A stretch of DNA of 61,863 bases from Alphaproteobacteria bacterium (GCA_009693995.1 SHWA01000003.1:1-61863), one strand, 5' to 3'; numbered from the stretch's first letter, positions 28,189-37,833 are shown. Made by a program: numbers and translations. Notes: a model not told the origin generated them from the letters alone.

Positions 28189-29964
28189 GTGCCAGGGAAC
28201 CACCACCTCACCAAGGGCTATGGGTTGCCGGCGCGGGCATTTGCGCTCGGCGCCCTGCTGTTGCTCGGCGCCGGCTGTGCCACGGGCGGCGGCCAGCCGG
28301 TCTCCTTGGCTCAGTCCGGCGGCGCATCGACGACGGGCGCGCGGGCGGAGTCCGAACTCGAGGTCGGGGTCTCCCCGTTCGGTAACTACCTCGCCGGCCG
28401 CCATGCCCTGAACCGGCGCGACGTGCGGGCGGCCGCGGCGTTCCTGGAGCGCACGCTCGCCGGCGACCCGGACAATCCGGAGCTGCTCGGCCGCGCACTC
28501 CGGGCACTGGTCGGCGAGGGCAAGGTGACGGAAGCCGCGGCCGTCGCGCGGCGGCTGCTGGCGCAGGATCCCAAGGCGCCACTCGCCGCCGTGGTCGGCG
28601 CCGTAGAGACCGCCCGCACCGGTGCCCATGGGGAGGCCTATGCGGGCCTCGAGGGAACCCAGCGTCAGGGCTTCAACGCGCTCCTGGTGCCGCTGCTGCA
28701 GGCATGGTTCCGCGTCGGCACCGGATCGACCGATGCTGCCATCGCCGCGCTCGAGCCCTTGAAGGCGCGCGCCGCGTTCAAGCCGTTCCTGTCCTTTCAC
28801 CGCGCCCTGATCCTCGATCTCGCGGACGCAAGCGGCGCCGAAGAGGCATACCGCGAAGCGCTCCAGGCAACCTCGGCCAGTGCCTTCCGGGTGGTGGAGG
28901 CCTATAGCCAGTTCCTGCTGCGGCAGGGCAAGGCCGCGCAGGCCCAAGCGCTGTTGCGCCAGTTCCGCGAGAAGCAGGGGGACTCGGTCTGGGCCCAGGC
29001 CGCGGAAGCCATGGGTGATGGCAAGGTGCGCCCGGTGCCCGATGCCGCCGCCGGCTTGGCCGAAGTGCTGTTCGGGGTCGCCAGCGCTCTCAATCAGGAG
29101 CGCGGCGTCGATGAAGCGCAGCTCCATTTGCGCCTCGCACTCCACCTCAGGCCCGATTTCGCCCCGGTCTGGCTGCTGCTGGGCGAGGTGCTCGATGTCC
29201 AGGATCGGCATTCCGAGGCGGTGGCCGCGTTCGCCCGCGTCCCCGTTGACTCGGCCCTCGGGTGGACGGCACGGCTGCGCATCGCCTCCAAACTGGAGCA
29301 GATGAACCGCACCGAAGAGGCGCTCAAGCACCTCGCCGCCATGATCACGGAACGGCCGGACCGGTCGGATGCCGCCGTGGTGCGGGGCGACATCCTGCGC
29401 GCCAAGGACCGCTGGGCCGAGGCGGTGGCCGACTACGACCTGGCCATGGGGCGGATCGGCGAATTGCAGGACCGGCACTGGTCGCTGCTCTATGCGCGCG
29501 GCATCGCGCTCGAGCGCTCGAAGCGGTGGCCCCGCGCCGAGGACGATTTTCTGAAGGCACTCAAACTGCAGCCGGAACAGCCGCTGGTGCTGAACTATCT
29601 CGGCTATTCGTGGGTCGAGCAGGGAATCAATCTCGACCGCGCCAAGCAGATGATCGAGCGCGCGGTCCAGCTCCGCCCCAACGACGGCTACATCGTCGAC
29701 TCGCTGGGGTGGGCGCTCTATCGCCTCGGCGACTATGACCGCGCCGTGCAGCAGCTCGAGCGCGCGGTCGAGCTGCGCACCGAGGACGCGGTGATCAACG
29801 ACCATCTGGGGGACGCCTACTGGCGGGTCGGGCGCCTGATCGAAGCCCGCTTCCAGTGGCAGCGCGCCCTCACCTCCGATCCCGAGCCCGCCGTGTTGCA
29901 GGAGATCCAGCGCAAGCTGCGCGAGGGCCTGATCGCCAACCGCAGCGGCTCGACCGGCGGCTGA
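28189..29964 (+). CDS. TPR-repeat lipoprotein (conserved partner upstream of ispE)
   Basis: The lipobox is ALLLLGAGC. There are many TPR helices (NYLGYSWVEQG, GYIVDSLGWALYRLGDY, INDHLGDAYW). The start is a GTG at 28189, with a TTG at 28225 as an alternative. Confidence 0.75.
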   Translation: MPGNHHLTKGYGLPARAFALGALLLLGAGCATGGGQPVSLAQSGGASTTGARAESELEVGVSPFGNYLAGRHALNRRDVRAAAAFLERTLAGDPDNPELLGRALRALVGEGKVTEAAAVARRLLAQDPKAPLAAVVGAVETARTGAHGEAYAGLEGTQRQGFNALLVPLLQAWFRVGTGSTDAAIAALEPLKARAAFKPFLSFHRALILDLADASGAEEAYREALQATSASAFRVVEAYSQFLLRQGKAAQAQALLRQFREKQGDSVWAQAAEAMGDGKVRPVPDAAAGLAEVLFGVASALNQERGVDEAQLHLRLALHLRPDFAPVWLLLGEVLDVQDRHSEAVAAFARVPVDSALGWTARLRIASKLEQMNRTEEALKHLAAMITERPDRSDAAVVRGDILRAKDRWAEAVADYDLAMGRIGELQDRHWSLLYARGIALERSKRWPRAEDDFLKALKLQPEQPLVLNYLGYSWVEQGINLDRAKQMIERAVQLRPNDGYIVDSLGWALYRLGDYDRAVQQLERAVELRTEDAVINDHLGDAYWRVGRLIEARFQWQRALTSDPEPAVLQEIQRKLREGLIANRSGSTGG

Positions 29965-29968
29965 GCCG

Positions 29969-30004
29969 GCCGTTGGTCCAGCCGTTGGTCCAGCCGTTGG
30001 TGCG
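29969..30004. repeat. 12-bp direct repeat x3 (GCCGTTGGTCCA GCCGTTGGTCCA GCCGTTGGTGCG)
   Basis: Read directly from the sequence. It spans the TPR-ispE junction and the candidate ispE start codons. Confidence 0.85.
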
Positions 30005-30899
30005 CATCGCGGTCGAAAGCGCCGCCGCCAAGGTCAACCTCTATCTGCACGTGGGCGGGCGCCGCGCCGACGGCTATCACCGGATCGACAGCCTGATCGC
30101 CTTCACCGGCCTCGCCGACACCGTGGAGGCCGCGGCGGCGGACCACTTCGAACTCGCGGTCGCAGGCGAGGGGGCCGCGGCGCTTGGCGCCTTGCCGGCA
30201 GGGCGCAATCTGGTGCTGCGGGCGGCCGCGGCGCTGGCCGCCGCGACCGGAGTCACGGCCGGGGCGCGCTTCCGGCTGAACAAGCGCATTCCAACCGAGG
30301 CCGGGCTCGGCGGCGGATCGGCGGATGCCGCGGCGGCGCTCCGCGCCTTGGCGATCCTGTGGCAGCTCGGACCCGAGGCACCCTTGGAAGCAGTGGCGCG
30401 CAGCCTCGGCGCCGATGTCCCCGTCTGCCTCGACGGCCGCGCCGCCTTCGTCGGCGGGATCGGCCACGACCGGACCCCGCTCGCGCACCTTCCGGCGGTG
30501 CCCCTCGTGCTGGCCAAGCCCGCCGCATCGCTCGCCACCGCCGCCGTCTACCAGGCGCTCGGCCGCGCGGCAGATGCGCAGGCACCCGATGACGGGCGCT
30601 TCACCGACGCCGGTCTGGGCCTCGACGCGCTAGTCGCCCGGCTCGGCGCCACCCGCAACGACCTCGAAGGCCCGGCCCGGTGCCTCGCCCCGGCGGTCGG
30701 CGCCGTGCTCACACTGCTCGCCGAATCTCCTGGCTGCCGCCTCGCCCGCATGTCGGGCAGCGGCAGTGCCTGCTTCGGCCTGTTCGCGAGCCGAGCGGCC
30801 GCCGCCGCCGCCGCGGGCGCGGCCGCCGCGGCTGGCCACTGGTCGGTCGCGACCACCCTCTTTCAGGTGGCGCTACGGGCGCCATCGACCGCAGGTTAG
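30000..30899 (+). CDS. ispE: 4-(cytidine 5'-diphospho)-2-C-methyl-D-erythritol kinase
   Basis: AKVNLYLHVGGRRADGYH...KRIPTEAGLGGGSADAAA (GHMP motif)...RMSGSGSACFGLF. The start is a GTG at 30000, with a TTG at 29973 possible. Confidence 0.85.
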   Translation: MRIAVESAAAKVNLYLHVGGRRADGYHRIDSLIAFTGLADTVEAAAADHFELAVAGEGAAALGALPAGRNLVLRAAAALAAATGVTAGARFRLNKRIPTEAGLGGGSADAAAALRALAILWQLGPEAPLEAVARSLGADVPVCLDGRAAFVGGIGHDRTPLAHLPAVPLVLAKPAASLATAAVYQALGRAADAQAPDDGRFTDAGLGLDALVARLGATRNDLEGPARCLAPAVGAVLTLLAESPGCRLARMSGSGSACFGLFASRAAAAAAAGAAAAAGHWSVATTLFQVALRAPSTAG

Positions 30900-30920
30900 C
30901 CGCGGTGGCGACTGGCGCCC

Positions 30921-31334
30921 TCAGTCGCGGCGCACCACGACGATTCCCTGTTCGGGCACAACCCGCACCCAGTCGCCGGTCCTGATGGTGGTGGTGATGT
31001 CGGTCTCGAAGCGGTCCATGAGGGGCACGTCGCCGAAGGCGGCGCCCTGGGCCATGATCGGGTTGGCCGAGTTCAGCAGGAGGGCCAGCGGCGCCATGCC
31101 GCGGGACGCCATCTCGCGCAGCATCCACGAGGTGGCGACGCCGCCCTTGGCGACGTTCAGCACCAGCACGCAGCCAACATAGTTCTGCCCCACCAGCTTG
31201 TGGGTGGGGCGCGAGAAGATGCCCTTGATGCGGTCCAGGTCGTAGCGCGCGCTGAAATTGTCCTGGGCGACGAGGGCCGGCCCCGCGACGGTCGGCCCGA
31301 TGCCGCGGTGGCCCTTGATGGTGAACTCGCTCAT
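30921..31334 (-). CDS. aconitase X swivel-domain subunit (DUF126)
   Basis: Only the last 137 aa of the 532-aa track ORF look real. MSEFTIKGHRGIGPTVAGPALV...GCVLVLNVAKGGVATSW is typical of DUF126. It overlaps the upstream gene by 4 nt. Confidence 0.8.
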   Translation of the reverse strand: MSEFTIKGHRGIGPTVAGPALVAQDNFSARYDLDRIKGIFSRPTHKLVGQNYVGCVLVLNVAKGGVATSWMLREMASRGMAPLALLLNSANPIMAQGAAFGDVPLMDRFETDITTTIRTGDWVRVVPEQGIVVVRRD

Positions 31335-32584
31335 CGCACCATCCTCCCGGCAAGCGCCGAGGCGACGCAGGTCTCCATGTCGGCCAGCACCGGCTCGAAA
31401 CCATAGCCCGAGATGATGTTGACCAGCTTGGCCGAGTTGCTCATCAGCCGCTTCCAGCCTTGGGCCTCGCCGATCTCGCGCGCGTACATCTGGTAGAAGC
31501 AGACGCCCTCCAGGAACAGGCCGCCGGCGCCCTCGATCGCGGCGGTGAAGCCCATGCGGTCGGCCGCCGCCTTGACCTCGGGCGCGGTGCAGGCGATCAG
31601 CGTCGTGCCGGCCTTGACCCGCTGTCCTTGCAGCAGGCCGGCCAGGCGCTGAGTCTCCATCAGGGAAAGCTGCGGCGCCGCGAACACCACCACATCCAAC
31701 CGGTCGCCGGACAGCCGGAACGACTGGTAGAAGGCGTCGAAGCCGCGGCGGTCGATCACTGTGGGAGCGGGCAGCGGCCCGGCAAAGACCGACTTCGCGT
31801 CCGGCGCCTCGGGGGTGACGCCGATCATGTGGAAGAGGGCGACCGAGCCATAGCTCGCCAGCGCCGCGCCGAAGTGCTTGAGCTCGTCCGAGGTCGGATG
31901 CGTGGCCACGCCTTCGATCACCGGCACCTTCCAGTACGAATTGGTGGCGCGCCCGACGATGCCGCCGAGCACCCCCCAGTCGGTCCAGCCGCGCGGCTGG
32001 TCGGCGACGACGAAGCGGAGCGTGCCCAGGCGATTCCGGTCCAGATGGTAGCCGTAGCGCGGCGTGCGGCCACTCAGGCCCGCGGCGAGCGCGGCCGGGC
32101 CGCCCTCGTAGTTGGTGCGCGCGCCGCACACGCTGTTGGCGTAAATCACTGAGCCGGTGTCGCCGAAGGCGAGATGCTCGCCGAGCACGGGAGGCAGCAC
32201 GATCTGATAGTTGATGCAAGTATCGGTCATCATCACGCCCATGGCGCGGAAGGCGTCGATGGCGCGCCGCTCGAGGGTCGCCATGGTTTCGGTCTGGCGC
32301 AGGCGCTGGTAGGCCTTGAAGTCGGTGCCGCGCGGGTCGGTGACGGTGGGGACGCGCATGCGCCTGGTCGCCTCCGGCTCGCGCGCGAAGCCCTCCAGGA
32401 ACTCGACCCCGGCGACGCCGAGCGATTCGGTGTCGGCCATCATGTGGACGTGGGCGATCGGCACCAGGTCGGGGGCATCGAAGAACCCGGCCACGCTTAC
32501 CTGCTGCTGGATCGCCCACTGGCGCGGCCGGCCCATGGCGCCGGCCAGCATCGCGTTCTCCTCATCCGTCAGCCGGACCGGCAT
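31331..32584 (-). CDS. aconitase X catalytic subunit (DUF521)
   Basis: 417 aa. MPVRLTDEENAMLAG..., the HVHMMAD and CINYQ regions, and the length fit DUF521/AcnX large subunits. Confidence 0.8.
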   Translation of the reverse strand: MPVRLTDEENAMLAGAMGRPRQWAIQQQVSVAGFFDAPDLVPIAHVHMMADTESLGVAGVEFLEGFAREPEATRRMRVPTVTDPRGTDFKAYQRLRQTETMATLERRAIDAFRAMGVMMTDTCINYQIVLPPVLGEHLAFGDTGSVIYANSVCGARTNYEGGPAALAAGLSGRTPRYGYHLDRNRLGTLRFVVADQPRGWTDWGVLGGIVGRATNSYWKVPVIEGVATHPTSDELKHFGAALASYGSVALFHMIGVTPEAPDAKSVFAGPLPAPTVIDRRGFDAFYQSFRLSGDRLDVVVFAAPQLSLMETQRLAGLLQGQRVKAGTTLIACTAPEVKAAADRMGFTAAIEGAGGLFLEGVCFYQMYAREIGEAQGWKRLMSNSAKLVNIISGYGFEPVLADMETCVASALAGRMVR

Positions 32585-32629
32585 GCGCTGCTCCCCTCGC
32601 GTTGATCGCCCGGCACCATAGCTCGTGCC

Positions 32630-33460
32630 TCAGGCGAGCGAAAAGCCCCGGCGCCGCAGATAGGCGGCGAAATCGGCGCGCTCAGGGATCGCGTACTGGC
32701 GCGCGATGTGCAGCGACCAGCCGTACGTGGGTGCATGGCCGAACCGATCCTCGGCGCGCTGGCGCTGGATCGGCTCGCGCACCTGCCGGCGCCGGTCGTA
32801 GGCCGCGATCGCCGCTTCCTCACCACACGCGTCGTAGGCGTCGCGGTGCACGACCACGTTGGGCGGCAGGCGCATGGAAACGCGCCACGGCACCTCGGGG
32901 TAACCGATGGTCAGGCCGAGGAGCGGATAGACGCCTGCGGGAAGGGCCAGGAGTTCGGTGATCCGCTCCGCGTGATCGCGGACCGCGCTGATGGCGCAGG
33001 AACCGAGGCCGGTGAGCTCGGCGGCGAGGGCGCAGGTTTGCAGCGCGAGCGCCGCATCGACGGTTGTGTTGATGAACCCGTCGAGGGTGTCGTGGGCGAA
33101 GGGCAGGCCGTGGCGGGCGCACGCGTCCCGGCCGCGGCTGAGGTCCGGGCAGAAGACCAGCAGCACCGGCGCGGTCGCGACCCAGGGCATCTCCGGCATC
33201 AGGGCGCCGATCGCCTGCTGCTGCGCGCGGTCGGCCACATGGACGATGGAATAGGCCTGGAAGTCGGACTTCGACCCGGCCGACTGCGCCGCCGTCAGCA
33301 GGGCGCCGAGCAAGGGCCCCGGCAGCGGATCGGGGCGGTAGCGGCGCATGGAGCGGCGCTGGATGATGGCGGCCAGCGCGCCCTCCGCCGGCAGGCCCTC
33401 GCCGCCCGGCACCGCGACGCCGAAGCGCTCGCGCATCAGATCGTGCAGCGTCTCGCCCAT
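32630..33460 (-). CDS. nitroreductase-family protein, NfsA/Frp-like (probable NAD(P)H:flavin reductase)
   Basis: IIQRRSMRRYRPDPLP...AAQSAGSKSDFQAYSIVHV resembles the NfsA-type HRS.R.F....SSS..Q..S.I motif series. Confidence 0.75.
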   Translation of the reverse strand: MGETLHDLMRERFGVAVPGGEGLPAEGALAAIIQRRSMRRYRPDPLPGPLLGALLTAAQSAGSKSDFQAYSIVHVADRAQQQAIGALMPEMPWVATAPVLLVFCPDLSRGRDACARHGLPFAHDTLDGFINTTVDAALALQTCALAAELTGLGSCAISAVRDHAERITELLALPAGVYPLLGLTIGYPEVPWRVSMRLPPNVVVHRDAYDACGEEAAIAAYDRRRQVREPIQRQRAEDRFGHAPTYGWSLHIARQYAIPERADFAAYLRRRGFSLA

Positions 33461-33580
33461 GGCGTGCTCCCCTGCTTCCAGCGCACCTGGCTGGCGTGCC
33501 CCGGCGCCGATCGCTTATACAACGGAGATGCGGCGGCCGCAGCCGCCCCCTGGCCGCCACCAGCGCGAGCATACCCGCCC

Positions 33581-34942
33581 ATGCCGATGCCCTATCCCGA
33601 CGATCCGCACGCCTGGGCGGCGCGGCGCGAGGCCAATTTCCAGCGCCAGATGGACCTGGTCTTTGCCTACCACCCCTATTACCGGCGGCGCTTTCAGGAA
33701 CTCGGGCTCGGGCGCGCCGACTTCCGCACCCTCGCCGACATCCAGAGGATTCCGCCGATCGACAAGTTCGTCTACATGGCCGACCCCGAGGCGTTCCGTC
33801 TGCGCTATCCCGATGGCGCGGTGACCACCGAGGAGGAGACCCTCTGGCAGGTGATCTACACCTCCGGCTCGACGGCCCGCCCGACACCCTTCTACGACAC
33901 CACCCACGACCATTTCAGCCGCGTCCTGCAGATGGCGCGCGCCGCGGCGATCGCCGGCATCGGCGAGAGCGACACGGTGATCAACCTGTTCCCCCTGACC
34001 GCGACGCCGCATCAGGGGTTCCTGTCGGCGACCTACGGGCCGCTCGGGGTCGATGCCAAGCTGATCGCCGGCTATGGCGGGCGCCTCTACCCGCCGCTGC
34101 CGGTGCAGCGCCCGCTCGACGAGATCATCGCCCTGGCCGCGCGCCAGCGGGCGACCGTGCTCTGGGGCATGTCGAGCTATGTGCGGCGCCTCTTGATCCG
34201 GGCGGAGGAGATGGGCGCCGACTTCTCCGCCGTGCGCCTCGCCTTCGGCATGGGCGAGCCCTGCCCGCCGGGGATGCGCGCCGACATGCGCCGGCGCCTG
34301 GCCAACCTCGGCGCCCCAGGTGCCCAGGTGCTGAGCGGCTACGGCTTCACCGAGATGCAGGGGCCGAGCATGGAGTGCCGCGAGGGCTCCGGCTACCACA
34401 TCCCGACACCGGGCGAGTTCCTGTTCGAGATCCTCGATCCCCTAACCCAGGCGCCGCTGCCCGAAGGCGCCGACGGCCTGATCACCGTCTCGCACCTGAA
34501 CCGCCGCGGCACGGTGCTGCTGCGCTACATCACCGGCGACGTGACTGCGCTCACCTCTGAGCGTTGCCCGCACTGCGGGCGTCGCGAGCCCCGGGTCGCC
34601 AAAACGCCCTACCGGGTGCAGGGGCTGACCAAGGTCAAGGGCACTCTGATCAACCCGGCGGCGATCCAGGACGCCCTTGCGCACCTGGCCGACCTGAAGG
34701 AGTTCCAGATCGTGGTGGAGAAGGCGGCCGGCGATGCCTTTGGCGGCGACGTGCTCAAGGTGCGCATCGTCTGCGACGACGCCCCAGCGGCCCGCCTCGC
34801 CGCCGAAGTCGCCCAGACCGTGGTCAAGACCTGCGAGGTACGCCCCGAGGTCGAGCGCGTCGCGGCGGACATGCTGGGGTCGATCGCGGAATCCTATAAG
34901 CACAAGCGCTTCGTCGATACCCGCCCGCGCCTCGGCGATTGA
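33581..34942 (+). CDS. PaaK / coenzyme F390 synthetase-like adenylate-forming enzyme
   Basis: Internal ATG of the 32708..34942 ORF. IYTSGSTARPTPF (P-loop-like AMP motif), SGYGFTEM, ITGD and TKVKGTLINP are PaaK-family features. Confidence 0.8.
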   Translation: MPMPYPDDPHAWAARREANFQRQMDLVFAYHPYYRRRFQELGLGRADFRTLADIQRIPPIDKFVYMADPEAFRLRYPDGAVTTEEETLWQVIYTSGSTARPTPFYDTTHDHFSRVLQMARAAAIAGIGESDTVINLFPLTATPHQGFLSATYGPLGVDAKLIAGYGGRLYPPLPVQRPLDEIIALAARQRATVLWGMSSYVRRLLIRAEEMGADFSAVRLAFGMGEPCPPGMRADMRRRLANLGAPGAQVLSGYGFTEMQGPSMECREGSGYHIPTPGEFLFEILDPLTQAPLPEGADGLITVSHLNRRGTVLLRYITGDVTALTSERCPHCGRREPRVAKTPYRVQGLTKVKGTLINPAAIQDALAHLADLKEFQIVVEKAAGDAFGGDVLKVRIVCDDAPAARLAAEVAQTVVKTCEVRPEVERVAADMLGSIAESYKHKRFVDTRPRLGD

Positions 34943-34945
34943 GGC

Positions 34946-35683
34946 TCAGCGCACCAGGCCGATGATGGCGAGGGCGAGCACCAGGTAGAGCAGCATCCGG
35001 CGGAAGCGCACCTCGCTGATCACGCGGAAGAGACGTGAGCCGATCCAGGTGCCGCCGAGATAGGCCGGGGCGATCGCCGCCGAGGCGATGTAGTCCTGCA
35101 GCCCGATCTGCCCGACATAGGTGAAGGCGAACATCAGCGCAATGCCGATGAAGAAGGCCCAGGCCACCGCGTGCGCCCGGCTGGTCCGCGCCGGGTCGGG
35201 GCCGGCGTAGATCAGGATCATCATCACCATGGCGATGGTGGTGGCGCCGTTGACGAACCCGCCGGTCAGGCCGGCGGCGATCCAGAGCAGGTCCGTCGGC
35301 TGACCCCGATAGCGCACCCCCATCATCATCGCCACCGCGCTCACCGCGCCGACCGCCGCGCACAGTTTCTTCAGCAGCACCGGGTCGCTGGTCATCAGCA
35401 CCCAGAGGCCGAGCGGCGTGATCACCAGGCTGGCGAGGGTGGTCAGCGTCGCCGTCGGCCACGGCACCTGGCGCAGGGTGTTCGGCACCAGGAAGACGTT
35501 GGAGGCGAAGTCGATGATCACGACCTTGGGCAGCACCGAGGCCGGCAGGTAGAACTGGTTCAGCACCAGGATCATCACGATCGGCCCGCCGAAGCCGGCG
35601 AACCCGCGGATCGCACCGCCGGCGAGCGCGGTCGCCGAGGCGAGCAGGATCTGCTGCCATGTGTCGAGGGTGAGCTCGACCAT
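34946..35683 (-). CDS. TauE/SafE-family sulfite/organosulfonate exporter-type permease
   Basis: 245-aa polytopic protein. GGAIRGFAGFGGPIVMILVL and a second GGFVNGATT half-repeat are typical of TauE/DUF81. Confidence 0.8.
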   Translation of the reverse strand: MVELTLDTWQQILLASATALAGGAIRGFAGFGGPIVMILVLNQFYLPASVLPKVVIIDFASNVFLVPNTLRQVPWPTATLTTLASLVITPLGLWVLMTSDPVLLKKLCAAVGAVSAVAMMMGVRYRGQPTDLLWIAAGLTGGFVNGATTIAMVMMILIYAGPDPARTSRAHAVAWAFFIGIALMFAFTYVGQIGLQDYIASAAIAPAYLGGTWIGSRLFRVISEVRFRRMLLYLVLALAIIGLVR

Positions 35684-35728
35684 GGGGGTGGACCAGGAGG
35701 CGAAGGACGCGGGAAGGGGGCCGCCGGT

Positions 35729-36814
35729 CTATTCGGCGGCGGCGGCGAGCGGTTGCGGCCCGATCTTGCCGAGCGGTCCCAGCACCTTTTCCACCCCCGG
35801 GATCACGCGGCTGCCGAAGGTCTCGAGCGAGCGCATGGCCTTGCCGCGGTCGAAGCCGCCGACGCGGAAGAAGAGGGCGAGATGATGGATGCCGACCTTG
35901 GTGATCATCTCGACGCAGCGCTCGATGCAGGTATCCACGTCGCCGATGATCAGGTTCTTCTCGATCGTCGCCAGCGGCGGCTCGTCGGGGAACGGCATCT
36001 CGACCAGGAAGCCGTCCTTGAACTGTTGCACCTTGCGCCGGAGCGAGGAGGCGAGGCGGTGCTGGAAGCGGCAGTTGTCGGCGAAGGCGCTGGCGTCCGC
36101 CCGGCTCGTCGTCACATGGCAGAAGGAGAGGACCGAGAACGGGGTGCGCTTCGGGTCGTTGCCGGCGGCGGCGTAATGGGCGTCGCACTTGGCGCGCAGA
36201 TCCACCAGCCGGTCCACCCCCCAGACCTGGTTCGGCACGATCGGAATGTAGTTCTTGCTCGCCGCCACGCTCTGCATCGCGTCGCCGGTGCCGGCCACCC
36301 AGATTTCGGGGTGGGGCTTCTGGATCGGCTTCGGCGTGATGCGCGACAGCGGCAACTGGTAGAATTTGCCGGAGAAGGAATATTCGTCGACGCCGAGGCC
36401 GTTCTCGATCATCTCCAGCATCTCCGCCGAGCGCGCCGCGCCTTCGGCGATGTCGATGTGGAAACGGTCGAACTCGAACGGCTGGTAGCCCGAGCCGATG
36501 CCGAGCACGAGGCGCCCGCCGCAGATATTGTCCACCAGGCCGATCTCGCCAAGGAGGCGCGCCGGCTCGTAGAGCGGCAGGATCACGATCGCCGTGCCCA
36601 GCTTGATGCGCTTGGTGAAGCCCGCCATGTGCGCGCACACGATCAGCGGCGAGGGGCAGACGGAATAGTTGGAGAAATGGTGCTCGGCGAACCAGGCGAT
36701 CTCGAAGCCGAGCTGGTCGGCTACGCGCACCTGGTCGGCGGCGTCGGCGATGATCTCGGCCGTCGTCAAGGAGGCGTCGCGCTGGCTCAGCAGGTTGAAT
36801 AACCCGAAATGCAT
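35729..36814 (-). CDS. LLM-class (luciferase-like) flavin-dependent oxidoreductase
   Basis: MHFGLFNLL...GFEIAWFAEHHFSNYSVCPSP...LVLGIGSGY are typical bacterial luciferase-family motifs. Confidence 0.85.
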   Translation of the reverse strand: MHFGLFNLLSQRDASLTTAEIIADAADQVRVADQLGFEIAWFAEHHFSNYSVCPSPLIVCAHMAGFTKRIKLGTAIVILPLYEPARLLGEIGLVDNICGGRLVLGIGSGYQPFEFDRFHIDIAEGAARSAEMLEMIENGLGVDEYSFSGKFYQLPLSRITPKPIQKPHPEIWVAGTGDAMQSVAASKNYIPIVPNQVWGVDRLVDLRAKCDAHYAAAGNDPKRTPFSVLSFCHVTTSRADASAFADNCRFQHRLASSLRRKVQQFKDGFLVEMPFPDEPPLATIEKNLIIGDVDTCIERCVEMITKVGIHHLALFFRVGGFDRGKAMRSLETFGSRVIPGVEKVLGPLGKIGPQPLAAAAE

Positions 36815-36913
36815 GTCCGTTCCTTCCCTCTATTCCCGGCGCCGATGGCTTTCACGCCCGCTGCCTCGGGCCTATTATGCGGCCCCGCGTCGCGGACGCA
36901 AGGAGGGGCACGC

Positions 36914-37735
36914 ATGAACTACTTCAAAGGCGTCGATGTGATCGAGCGGCACGCCAAGCCGCGCGACGCCGGCATCACCATGGTGGTGGATTTCGGCATG
37001 GGCCTGAACCAGGTCGAGGACTTGATGACGGTCGGTGGCGAATACGTGGACATCGCCAAGATCGCCGTCGGCACCTCCGCCCTGATGCCGCCCGAGGTGC
37101 TGAAGAGGAAGATCCAGCTCTATGCCAAGCACCAGGTTTCCACCTCGCCCGGCGGCCAGTTCCTGGAATACGCCTACCACCAGGGCACCGAGAAGGCGTT
37201 CTTCGACAACTGCCAGCGGGCCGGCTTCCCCTCGATCGAGGTCTCGGCCAACGACGTCGACATCGACCACGCGGGCAAGGCGCGCCTCATCAAGACCGCG
37301 ACCCAGGACTACGGCTTCAAGGTGCTGGGCGAGACCGGCGCCAAGTACGAGAAATCGACGCCCGCAAGCATGGTGGCGGACATCGAGAACATGCTCGGGG
37401 CCGGCGCCTGGAAGATCTTTGTCGAGGCGGCCGAGTTCTTCGACGCCGGCAAGCTCAATCGCAAGGTGATCGATCACCTGGTGAAGAAGGTTCCCATGTC
37501 GGACCTGATCTTCGAGTTGCCGGGCGCCTGGATCAAGGGCACCACCGACGACATGGTGCACGATTTCATGCTGTTCCTGGTGGTCGAGCTCGGCCACGAG
37601 GTGAACGTCGCCAACCTGGCGCCCGACCGGGTCCTGTTCCTCGAGGCGCAGCGCCGCGGCATCGGCACCAAGCACCGCCAGCCCGAGGACATCGTCGGCC
37701 AGCAGATGAAGCGCAAGAAGAAGGCGGCCAACTGA
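36914..37735 (+). CDS. comA: phosphosulfolactate synthase (ComA) family protein
   Basis: ATG preceded by AGGAGG. KPRDAGITMVVD...YVDIAKIAVGTSALMP...PGGQFLEYA...FPSIEVS match my memory of the (2R)-phospho-3-sulfolactate synthase fold signature. Confidence 0.75.
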   Translation: MNYFKGVDVIERHAKPRDAGITMVVDFGMGLNQVEDLMTVGGEYVDIAKIAVGTSALMPPEVLKRKIQLYAKHQVSTSPGGQFLEYAYHQGTEKAFFDNCQRAGFPSIEVSANDVDIDHAGKARLIKTATQDYGFKVLGETGAKYEKSTPASMVADIENMLGAGAWKIFVEAAEFFDAGKLNRKVIDHLVKKVPMSDLIFELPGAWIKGTTDDMVHDFMLFLVVELGHEVNVANLAPDRVLFLEAQRRGIGTKHRQPEDIVGQQMKRKKKAAN

Positions 37736-37833
37736 GGGGCCGGCCGCGCCCTTGCAGCCAGGGGCGCAGCGGCATAGTTCCGCCCTCAGGTACCGCGAAC
37801 CGCGAGTTCTTGGCACGGGTCAGCGGCCGGCAC

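Noticed and set aside
30921-32519. A 532-aa ORF on the minus strand spanning both AcnX genes.
   Set aside because: Only the C-terminal 137 aa (MSEFTIKG... onward) look like a real protein (DUF126). The upstream 395 aa are Arg/Pro/Gly-rich and out of frame with the well-supported DUF521 gene at 31331..32584.
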